DNA from: Cryomorphaceae bacterium BACL11 MAG-121001-bin54
GTDB taxonomy: Bacteria; Bacteroidota; Bacteroidia; Flavobacteriales; BACL11
DNA: 64,000 bases
Direction of reading: 5' to 3'
Assembly (NCBI GenBank): GCA_905182255.1
Contig: CAJJAH010000003.1
Coordinates: forward strand, 28,101 to 92,100
In this document: positions 20,826 through 28,663 of the stretch, piece by piece
Numbering within the stretch: the stretch's first letter is position 1
Layout of the letters: every line of letters begins with the position of its first letter
The notes under the pieces: generated by a model
Databases searched by the model: none
Told to the model about the DNA's origin: nothing
What the model saw: only the letters and a program-made list of their open reading frames with translations
Position numbers and translations under genes: made by a program

Positions 20826-21313
20826 AAAGCATAGTACAAGTTCATTTAGAATATAAAAAAGATGTAATTCGTGATATTGAAATTAACAGCACAAGTAATT
20901 TAGAAGAGTTACACAAGGCTATTGTTAGTGCATATGAGCTAGACAAAAATCAACTAGCTTCTTTTTACATAACTAATGATGAATTTGAATTACTACAAGA
21001 AATTCCTCTTTTGAGTGTAGAGGATAACGAAAATTCTATGCTAGCAATGTCTGATATTATTCTTTCGTCTATTCTGAAAGAAGAAGGTACTCAATTACTT
21101 TATGTTTATGATTTTATGAAAATGTGGCGATTCTTGATTACACTTACTGAAATAACCAATGAAGAAATAACTACTGCAGTATGTATTAATGCGCTAGGAG
21201 TTATGCCAGAAGATGCTCCTGAGATTATTTTTAAAGTAGAGAAAGAATTTGACCCTTTTGGTGAAGCCTTTGATGATTTTGACGAATTTAAAGAGAATGA
21301 AGAAGAATACTAA
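20822..21313 (+). CDS. hypothetical acidic protein, possibly PRiA4b-ORF3-like fold
   Basis: 163 aa. The segments LEELHKAIVSAYELDKNQLASFY and LLYVYDFMKMWRFLITLTEI weakly recall the pRiA4b ORF-3-like family. The C-terminal tail is acidic (FDDFDEFKENEEEY). ATGA overlap with cca, and 17-nt overlap with miaA. Confidence 0.45.
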   Translation: MKSIVQVHLEYKKDVIRDIEINSTSNLEELHKAIVSAYELDKNQLASFYITNDEFELLQEIPLLSVEDNENSMLAMSDIILSSILKEEGTQLLYVYDFMKMWRFLITLTEITNEEITTAVCINALGVMPEDAPEIIFKVEKEFDPFGEAFDDFDEFKENEEEY

Positions 21314-22199
21314 GAAAATAATCTTAATTGTTGGGCCAACGGCAATTGGCAAAACAGCACTTAGCATTGAGCTTGCAAATACATTAAATACTGAAATAAT
21401 TTCATGCGATTCTAGGCAATTTTATAAAGAATTAAAAATTGGTTCTGCACCACCCAATTCAAAAGAACTAGAGTCAGCAACACACCATTTCATTCATCAT
21501 CTATCTGTCAATGACGACTATAATGCTGGAGAATTTGAAATAAATGCAATTGCTAAAATAAAAGATATTCATAAAACAAAAGATACTGTTATATTAGTTG
21601 GAGGCTCAGGATTATATATTGATTCAATATGTAAAGGATTAGACAAAATGCCTGAAATCCCTAATCAAATAAGATTAGAACTTAATTCAACACTAAAAGA
21701 AAAAGGAATAGTTTGGCTCCAACAAGAAGTTAAAAAAGTAGATCCTAACTTTTATCTTAATTGTGATCAAAAAAATCCTCAACGACTTTTAAGAGCCTTA
21801 GAAATATTTTTAGCTACAGGCAAAACCTTTTCCTCATACAAGTCAGCTAAAATAAAAGAACGACCATTTGAAATTATTAAAATTGGATTAATAACAGAAA
21901 GAAAAATACTATACCAGAGAATAAATACACGTGTTGATAAAATGCTAGAGAAAGGTCTACTTGAAGAAGTTGAATTACTCATTCCTTTTAAACACAGAAA
22001 TGCGTTACAAACTGTTGGCTATAAAGAAATCTTCGCCTTTTTTAATAATGATTGTACACTTGAAAAAGCAGTAGAAAATATTAAGCAAAATACGAGAAGG
22101 TTTGCAAAGCGTCAAATAACTTGGTTTAGAAAGGATAAAAATATAAAATGGTTTAATCCTAATCAGATAAGCGAGATAAAAACATTTATCGGATTATAG
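21297..22199 (+). CDS. miaA: tRNA dimethylallyltransferase
   Basis: P-loop IVGPTAIGKTALSIELA followed by ISCDSRQFYKEL. I prefer the start at MKKNTKK (21297) to the upstream ORF-track start. Confidence 0.9.
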   Translation: MKKNTKKIILIVGPTAIGKTALSIELANTLNTEIISCDSRQFYKELKIGSAPPNSKELESATHHFIHHLSVNDDYNAGEFEINAIAKIKDIHKTKDTVILVGGSGLYIDSICKGLDKMPEIPNQIRLELNSTLKEKGIVWLQQEVKKVDPNFYLNCDQKNPQRLLRALEIFLATGKTFSSYKSAKIKERPFEIIKIGLITERKILYQRINTRVDKMLEKGLLEEVELLIPFKHRNALQTVGYKEIFAFFNNDCTLEKAVENIKQNTRRFAKRQITWFRKDKNIKWFNPNQISEIKTFIGL

Positions 22200-25092
22200 T
22201 AACACTACCTTCTATTGCATCAAAATTATGCCCAATATCAATCTGATAAAAATAAGCACCTTCAGAAACATTATTTCCATTTTTATTTTTACCATCCCAA
22301 GGTATGGAGTAGCCAACAGATTCAAAAAGTAACCTACCGTATCTACTATATATTCTTATTTCTGAATCGCTATACAAGAAAGTACTTTCTAGATTCCAAG
22401 TGTCATTTAGATTATCTCCATTAGGAGTGAACACATTAGGAACGCACTCAGCACTTATAGTTGCTATAAGAATAACAGTATCCTCAATACAAGAATTGTT
22501 GTCCATTACTGTTACTTTATAGTTACCTGGACTTAAACTCAAATTAATTGAATTTTCTGTAATTCCGTTTGACCAAGCATAAGTATATGGCGCAGTACCT
22601 CCTGTTACATCAGCAGTAATATCTACATCTAAATTTTCCAGATTACATTCAATAATAGACACAGCCGGATCTATAGTAATTAATAAAGGATCAATATTAA
22701 AATCTGCTCGAACAACACAACCATAAATATCTGTCACTTCTACCCAATGTGCACCAGGGCAAATATTAGCATGTGCTAAAATTTCACCATTATCCCAAAA
22801 ATAACTATACGGAGAGTTTCCCCATAAATTCGAATCTGGTAAAACTGTTGTTAAAGCTTCATCAACAATACCATTTGGCAGGTAAAAAGTAGCTATTACA
22901 GTATCAATTACTGAACAATTAGTCGCAATATCATTAGTTGTAACAAAATAAGTACCTTCACATAAATTAGATGTTATTGAATCTGTACCTATAACATTGC
23001 CCATAATATCAAACCATTCATAAGCAAAGTTACCTTGCGATGAAGATGTAACAATTTCAACCTCTCCAAGATGAGTGGAAGCATCATAAAAAACAGATGT
23101 TTCTAATACGTAAGGTGAAATTTCAAACGTATCAGAAGCTGAATTACCACAAGAGTCAATAACAACAACCCAATAAATTGTCCCCCACAATGAGTCAATT
23201 GATGTCGAATTTTCACCAGTATTCCAAATTATCTCTAATGGCTCAACACCCCCATTAACAATAACAGACGCCGCAGCTCCTTCGTCACAAGTGATCTCTG
23301 AGTATATTAAATTTATGGTTAGTAATTCAGGTTCTGATATCACAAAACTTTCCGTAGCAATACATCCATTAGCATCGGTTACAGTACATATATAATTTCC
23401 TACTCCAAGAACTCTCTGTTGATTAGTATTACCATCATTCCATAAAATAGAAAAAGGTGATGTACCTCCATATATCAATAGGTTAATATCTATCATTTCT
23501 CCATAACAAATTAAAGAATCATTAAAATCAGAAAAAGAAATAATTAAGGAGTCAGGTTCAGATAAGAAAAAATTAAAAGAATCTAAACATAACAAAGAGT
23601 CAGAAATAACTAAAGTGTAAAGTCCAGATGAAAGACCGTATAAAGAATCAACATTACCTGTCCCATTTAACCAATAATAACTTAATACTCCTGTACCTCC
23701 AGAAGGATTAATAGTAATACTTCCATTAGCATCTCCATTACAAAGAGGATGATATATAATTTCGTTTGGATTAATTTGATTTGGTTGAGAAATAACAAAT
23801 ATTTCAGTTTTTAAGCAACCTATAGAATCAACAATATTAACTGAATATGTACCAGCAAAAAGCGAAAAATTATTAACTCCTCCCCACTGAACATCATATG
23901 GATGATTACCTTTAATAATTGAATCAATAATTATATTCCCGTTAGAATCTCCAAAACAATTCACATTAGTAATGGATTTATAAACTTCAATTTCATATAA
24001 AGCATTACATTTTATTGAAACCGTATCAAGACATGAGTATGTTGAATCATAAATATAAATATCGTATTCTCCTGAAGTTACATAAATTGTATCATCTTGA
24101 TAATATAAAAAACCAAAATCTAGATTAACACCTCCTAAAAGACTATCACCAAAAATAGTATCAATTTTAAAATATCCACTATCGGATTCACAAATCAACA
24201 TACCCCCTAATGTGGAACCATAAGTTTCATATGGTAATGGCTCCTTAATTTCAATTAATGTATCTAATATACATCCAAAAGTATCTACAACAGAAAGAGT
24301 ATACTCTCCTGAAAATAAACTATCAAAAGTAACCAAATAAGGACTCGGTTCTGAAGAGAAGGACTGGGAACTACCATAAACATCAGATTTTGCTATAGTA
24401 TCAAGATCTTTTATTAAATAATAATTATAAAATTCTGAATTAACATATCTTTTTCCTCCAGAAACTGAACAAGAAAAACTACCTGCATTTACTCCTCTAC
24501 AATTAATATCACTAGTATAAATTGTATCAAAGATTAATACTTCTGGAGAAGTAACATTAGCCAAGACGGTGTCAGCACAACTTACAGAATCAGTTACAAT
24601 CACTTTGTAAGAGCCAACTAGAAGATTATCAAACAAAGTATCATTAGAACCAGAGGAATAAAAATTTCCATTCATAAACCACTCATAATTATAAGGGGGA
24701 GTACCTGAATACGCGACTCTTTTTAACTTTCCAGTTGAATATCCAAAACAGTGTACATTATTGTGAGACGCTAAAACCCCTAAAGAACATGGCAACCAAT
24801 AATACTTACTAGTTCCATTAAAATCTAACCTATAACTACCACATTCTGATGATATTAAAGTATCTAAATTAGAATTTGAAAACTGAACAGAAGACATTGA
24901 ATCAGTACTTATCCATCCTGAATTAATATCATTAAAGAACCAGCTTAATGCTAAACTGTTGACGTTTGTAATTACCAAGGCAATAGAACCATCATGATGA
25001 CAATTTACACCCAAAACAATATCAGAAACAATAGTTTGAGACTTTAAAAATAAAGAATTAACTAAGAAAAATAAAAAGAGTATTCTTTTCAT
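22186..25092 (-). CDS. SprB-repeat cell-surface protein with T9SS type B (gliding motility-associated) C-terminal domain
   Basis: About 968 aa from MKRILFLFFL (ATG 25092). It has many repeats of the C-x-G-x-x-(N/D)-G type (NVNCFGDSNGNIII, HPLCNGDANGSITI). The C-terminus (VPNVFTPNGDNLNDTW...WDGKNKNGNNVSEGAYFYQI...GSVTIIR) is a type B CTD. Confidence 0.85.
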   Translation of the reverse strand: MKRILFLFFLVNSLFLKSQTIVSDIVLGVNCHHDGSIALVITNVNSLALSWFFNDINSGWISTDSMSSVQFSNSNLDTLISSECGSYRLDFNGTSKYYWLPCSLGVLASHNNVHCFGYSTGKLKRVAYSGTPPYNYEWFMNGNFYSSGSNDTLFDNLLVGSYKVIVTDSVSCADTVLANVTSPEVLIFDTIYTSDINCRGVNAGSFSCSVSGGKRYVNSEFYNYYLIKDLDTIAKSDVYGSSQSFSSEPSPYLVTFDSLFSGEYTLSVVDTFGCILDTLIEIKEPLPYETYGSTLGGMLICESDSGYFKIDTIFGDSLLGGVNLDFGFLYYQDDTIYVTSGEYDIYIYDSTYSCLDTVSIKCNALYEIEVYKSITNVNCFGDSNGNIIIDSIIKGNHPYDVQWGGVNNFSLFAGTYSVNIVDSIGCLKTEIFVISQPNQINPNEIIYHPLCNGDANGSITINPSGGTGVLSYYWLNGTGNVDSLYGLSSGLYTLVISDSLLCLDSFNFFLSEPDSLIISFSDFNDSLICYGEMIDINLLIYGGTSPFSILWNDGNTNQQRVLGVGNYICTVTDANGCIATESFVISEPELLTINLIYSEITCDEGAAASVIVNGGVEPLEIIWNTGENSTSIDSLWGTIYWVVVIDSCGNSASDTFEISPYVLETSVFYDASTHLGEVEIVTSSSQGNFAYEWFDIMGNVIGTDSITSNLCEGTYFVTTNDIATNCSVIDTVIATFYLPNGIVDEALTTVLPDSNLWGNSPYSYFWDNGEILAHANICPGAHWVEVTDIYGCVVRADFNIDPLLITIDPAVSIIECNLENLDVDITADVTGGTAPYTYAWSNGITENSINLSLSPGNYKVTVMDNNSCIEDTVILIATISAECVPNVFTPNGDNLNDTWNLESTFLYSDSEIRIYSRYGRLLFESVGYSIPWDGKNKNGNNVSEGAYFYQIDIGHNFDAIEGSVTIIR

Positions 25093-25129
25093 AGTAGAGA
25101 AATTTAAAGGACAAATATACCTAAATAAA

Positions 25130-26056
25130 TTAACTAGAAAGATTATTGAAATCAAGAACTAAACCTGATTTAGCTAAATAAGTATTCTTAAATACATCCT
25201 TGGATTCCAAAAGCAACTCATCAAGGTTTTTGTATCTTTTTGAAAAATGACCAATTAACAAGTTTTTAACTGATGATTTTTTAGCAATTGTAGCAGCTTC
25301 AGAAGTTGTTGAATGTCCAGTTTGTTTTGCTCGATCTGCCAAATCCTTCTTAAAGGTAGCTTCATGATACAACAAATCAATTCCCTTAATTTTTTCAATT
25401 AAAGCTTCATTGTAAAGAGTATCTGTACAAAAAGCGTAAGAATGAACTGGTGTATTTTTTATTGTTATCTCATTATTCTTAATAATCACACCACTATCAG
25501 CAATCCAATCAGCTCCTTCCTTTATTCCATTATATTTATCAAATGGAATGTTTAATTTTTCAATTTTGTCTTTAATAATTTTTCTCTTACTCTTTTTTTC
25601 TTTAAAAATAAAGCCTGAACAGTTAATGGTATGGTTAAGAATCATATTACTAATACTTATTTTCTCATCTTCGTACAGTACCTGATCAATATCTTCAGAG
25701 ATAGGATGAAAAAATAAAGGATAATTAAGCTCAGTATTAGAAGCTGATAATTGCAAATCAATAATTGCTTTTAATTCCTGATGTGCATAAATATGTAAAT
25801 CTTTATTTCTACCTAAAAGATGCATACTACAAATCAAGCCAATTAGACCAAAATAATGATCGCCATGCAAATGGCTAATAAATATATGATTTATTCTTTG
25901 AAAATTTAATTGATATTCTCTTAACCTAACTTGCGTACCCTCACCACAATCAATTAAAAAAAACCGCTCATTTGCATTTAACAATTGGGCGGTTGGATGC
26001 CTTTCTAATGAGGGTACAGCTGAATTACAACCTAAAATAGTTAATTTAAATGACAT
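25130..26056 (-). CDS. rnz: ribonuclease Z
   Basis: 308 aa, metallo-beta-lactamase fold, HLHGDHYFGL motif. Confidence 0.9.
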   Translation of the reverse strand: MSFKLTILGCNSAVPSLERHPTAQLLNANERFFLIDCGEGTQVRLREYQLNFQRINHIFISHLHGDHYFGLIGLICSMHLLGRNKDLHIYAHQELKAIIDLQLSASNTELNYPLFFHPISEDIDQVLYEDEKISISNMILNHTINCSGFIFKEKKSKRKIIKDKIEKLNIPFDKYNGIKEGADWIADSGVIIKNNEITIKNTPVHSYAFCTDTLYNEALIEKIKGIDLLYHEATFKKDLADRAKQTGHSTTSEAATIAKKSSVKNLLIGHFSKRYKNLDELLLESKDVFKNTYLAKSGLVLDFNNLSS

Positions 26057-26814
26057 TAATTTTCAACAATCATCCTTTTAGATACTATTTGTATTCCATT
26101 ATTAATAGAATACAAATACATACCATTAGCATAATTGTTAGCGGATATTTCAATATCATTTACTCCACGATTAGCTACTATTTTTCTTTCTTCAATTTTA
26201 TCTCCTAAATAATTAAATACTGTGAATACTACATCAGCTGAATTACCAGAAATAAATTGAATTTTAGCATTATTATTAATAGGATTAGGGAAAATATCCT
26301 TTAGTTCAAAACTAAAGTTATTGAATTGATTAACAGAAGAAGTAGCACTACTTACATTAATATAATAATAATCTAAAACATCATCCTGAGTTTGAATTCC
26401 AAACAAGCCAGCATCAACTGTAGTAGTAGTATTTATTATGATTTGATGAGAACCAATTTCTGCCAAAGTAGGATTTAGAGATGAAAGAACGGCACATGAA
26501 CTAGAACCACCTAAAAAAGTACAAACAGAGTTAGCACAATCATATGAAAAACTTGGAGGCAGACCAGTTATATTAATTAACTCAACTGTCTGAATAGCTA
26601 CTGGTATATTCTGACCAAAAACCTCTACAACAGTATCCGTAGGAGTAATAACAGTTATTACTTCATTGTAAGCTTGTCCCACAATTGCATTAGGCAAACC
26701 AGCTGCGCTATCAGGGTAAATACCTGCAATAACATATAGAGGGTCAGGGACACATTGCGCTTTAGTTGCAGTAAAAGCAAAAGCTAGCATTAGACTAAGT
26801 AAGATCTTTTTCAT
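26056..26814 (-). CDS. hypothetical secreted protein with T9SS type A C-terminal sorting domain
   Basis: 252 aa with a signal peptide (FTATKAQC) and C-terminal IFPNPINNNAKIQF...GMYLYSI. TAATG overlap with the rnz start. Confidence 0.75.
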   Translation of the reverse strand: MKKILLSLMLAFAFTATKAQCVPDPLYVIAGIYPDSAAGLPNAIVGQAYNEVITVITPTDTVVEVFGQNIPVAIQTVELINITGLPPSFSYDCANSVCTFLGGSSSCAVLSSLNPTLAEIGSHQIIINTTTTVDAGLFGIQTQDDVLDYYYINVSSATSSVNQFNNFSFELKDIFPNPINNNAKIQFISGNSADVVFTVFNYLGDKIEERKIVANRGVNDIEISANNYANGMYLYSINNGIQIVSKRMIVEN

Positions 26815-26831
26815 ATTTAATTAATTTTAGT

Positions 26832-27131
26832 TTATAGTTCTAATTGTCTCTCCATTTCATCCATTTCAATATAATCATAAGCCTCTTGTATAGAAGGAAC
26901 AATAGTTAATTCTTCATCAAAAGAAAATTCACATACAATAACAAAAGAACCTTTCATTTTTGATATACTGTTTGCAAATATAATAAATTTATCTTTAATA
27001 TTTTCAGCTAATTCAGGTGCTACTCCTCTCAAATCTGCAATAAAGTGCTTAACTTCGGGAGTAATTTTTAAATCAGAAAAATTATGATCTTCTCCAATTT
27101 TAAAAACTAATGTTGTTGCTTGCAAATTCAT
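26832..27131 (-). CDS. hypothetical protein (99 aa)
   Basis: The ORF is tightly packed between pyrB and the T9SS cargo gene. I recognise no motif. Confidence 0.5.
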   Translation of the reverse strand: MNLQATTLVFKIGEDHNFSDLKITPEVKHFIADLRGVAPELAENIKDKFIIFANSISKMKGSFVIVCEFSFDEELTIVPSIQEAYDYIEMDEMERQLEL

Positions 27132-27138
27132 ATAAATA

Positions 27139-28068
27139 TTAGTTTTTAACTTTACCAGCTAACAAATACAAGACTGCCATTCTTATAGCCACTCCATTTT
27201 CAACTTGATCTAATATGATAGAATGCTTAGAGTCTGCAACATCAGAACTTAGCTCAATTCCTCTATTAATAGGGCCGGGATGCATAATGGTTATCTCTTT
27301 TTCTAAACTATCAAGCACTTCCTTATTAATACCATAAACCATTGCATATTCTCTCAAGGAAGGGAAATAATTAACATCTTGCCTTTCTAACTGTATACGT
27401 AATACATTAGCTATATCACACCAATTCAAAGCTTCTTTTAAATCAGAGAAATGAGTAACTCCTAACTCATGAAGATGCTTGGGCATTAGTGAAGAAGGTC
27501 CACAAACTTTTACCTCAGCACCCAATTTCTGCAAGCAGTAAATATTTGAAAGGGCTACTCTAGAGTGTAAAATATCACCAATTACAACAATTTTTTTACC
27601 TTCAACTTTACCATATTTTTCTCTAATTGAATAGGCATCTAATAAAGCCTGAGTCGGATGCTCGTGAGCTCCATCTCCAGCATTTACAATTTTTGCGTCA
27701 ATATTTCTTGATAAAAAAACAGATGCACCAGGTTTAGGATGACGCATTACTACAATATCAACTTTCATAGCTAATATATTATTTACCGTATCTAATAATG
27801 TTTCTCCTTTAGTAACAGAAGAAGATCCTGCAGCAAAATTAATTACATCAGCCGAAAGTCTTTTTTCAGCTAATTCAAAAGAAAGTTTAGTTCTTGTTGA
27901 GTTTTCAAAAAAAAGATTTGCAATCGTAATATCTCTTAATGATGGTACTTTTTTAATAGGCTGATTAATAATCTTCTTAAAATTATCTGTCGTTTTAAAA
28001 ATCAAATCTATATCTGACTTTTTAAGGTATTTAATTCCTAATAAATGATCTACTGACAAATTACTCAT
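27139..28068 (-). CDS. pyrB: aspartate carbamoyltransferase catalytic subunit
   Basis: 309 aa with the STRTKLSFE (STRTR-like) motif, HPTQALLD and HPGPINRG. Confidence 0.95.
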   Translation of the reverse strand: MSNLSVDHLLGIKYLKKSDIDLIFKTTDNFKKIINQPIKKVPSLRDITIANLFFENSTRTKLSFELAEKRLSADVINFAAGSSSVTKGETLLDTVNNILAMKVDIVVMRHPKPGASVFLSRNIDAKIVNAGDGAHEHPTQALLDAYSIREKYGKVEGKKIVVIGDILHSRVALSNIYCLQKLGAEVKVCGPSSLMPKHLHELGVTHFSDLKEALNWCDIANVLRIQLERQDVNYFPSLREYAMVYGINKEVLDSLEKEITIMHPGPINRGIELSSDVADSKHSIILDQVENGVAIRMAVLYLLAGKVKN

Positions 28069-28613
28069 TAATTTGATTTAACCATTAATATTCTATCCTT
28101 CCCGTTTTCTTCTTTCCATTCAACTATTACTCGTTCGTAATCAATTGAATCTACTGTTCTTCCTACATAATTAGGCTGTATAGGTAGTTCCCTACTAAAC
28201 CTTCTATCAATCAAAGTAAGTAGCTCTACAGAATTTGGCCTACCAAAAGCCATTAAAGCATCAATTGCAGAACGAATAGACCTTCCCGTGAATAAGACAT
28301 CATCAATTAAAACAACATTTTTAGACTCAAGCGATAAATTCATATCCATAACTTCAGGAACAATTGGTTCTTTTCTCCTTCTTAAATCATCTCTATAAAA
28401 AGAGATGTCTAAACTTCCTGATTCAATATTATTAGTGTTTAGTAATTTTTTTAATTCAATAATAATTCTATTACTTAATAATTTTCCTCTAGGCTGAACA
28501 CCAACAATGACAGTATTTTTAAAATCCCCATGATGTTCAATTAATTGATGACACAATCTTTCAATTGTAATTTGAATATCCCTTTGATTTAATATTTGTC
28601 TTTCTAAAATCAT
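28068..28613 (-). CDS. pyrR: bifunctional pyrimidine operon regulator / uracil phosphoribosyltransferase PyrR
   Basis: PRTase motif VVLIDDVLFTGRSIRSA. I start at MILERQIL (ATG 28613) because the longer ORF start runs into the rpsA terminator. Confidence 0.85.
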   Translation of the reverse strand: MILERQILNQRDIQITIERLCHQLIEHHGDFKNTVIVGVQPRGKLLSNRIIIELKKLLNTNNIESGSLDISFYRDDLRRRKEPIVPEVMDMNLSLESKNVVLIDDVLFTGRSIRSAIDALMAFGRPNSVELLTLIDRRFSRELPIQPNYVGRTVDSIDYERVIVEWKEENGKDRILMVKSN

Positions 28614-28630
28614 TGTATTACAAAAATAGC

Positions 28631-28660
28631 AAAAAAAAAGCCCCAAATTAATGGGGCTTT
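28631..28660 (-). terminator. rho-independent terminator after rpsA
   Basis: The minus strand reads AAAGCCCC-ATTAATTT-GGGGCTTT followed by a T-run (9 A on the plus strand at 28631-28639). Confidence 0.7.
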
Positions 28661-28663
28661 AAA

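Noticed and set aside
22186-22199. 14-nt convergent overlap of the miaA and SprB-repeat adhesin 3' ends as a regulatory feature
   Set aside because: Short convergent overlaps are common in compact genomes, and I saw no hairpin or other structure here. It is mentioned only in the context of the missing sprF partner.
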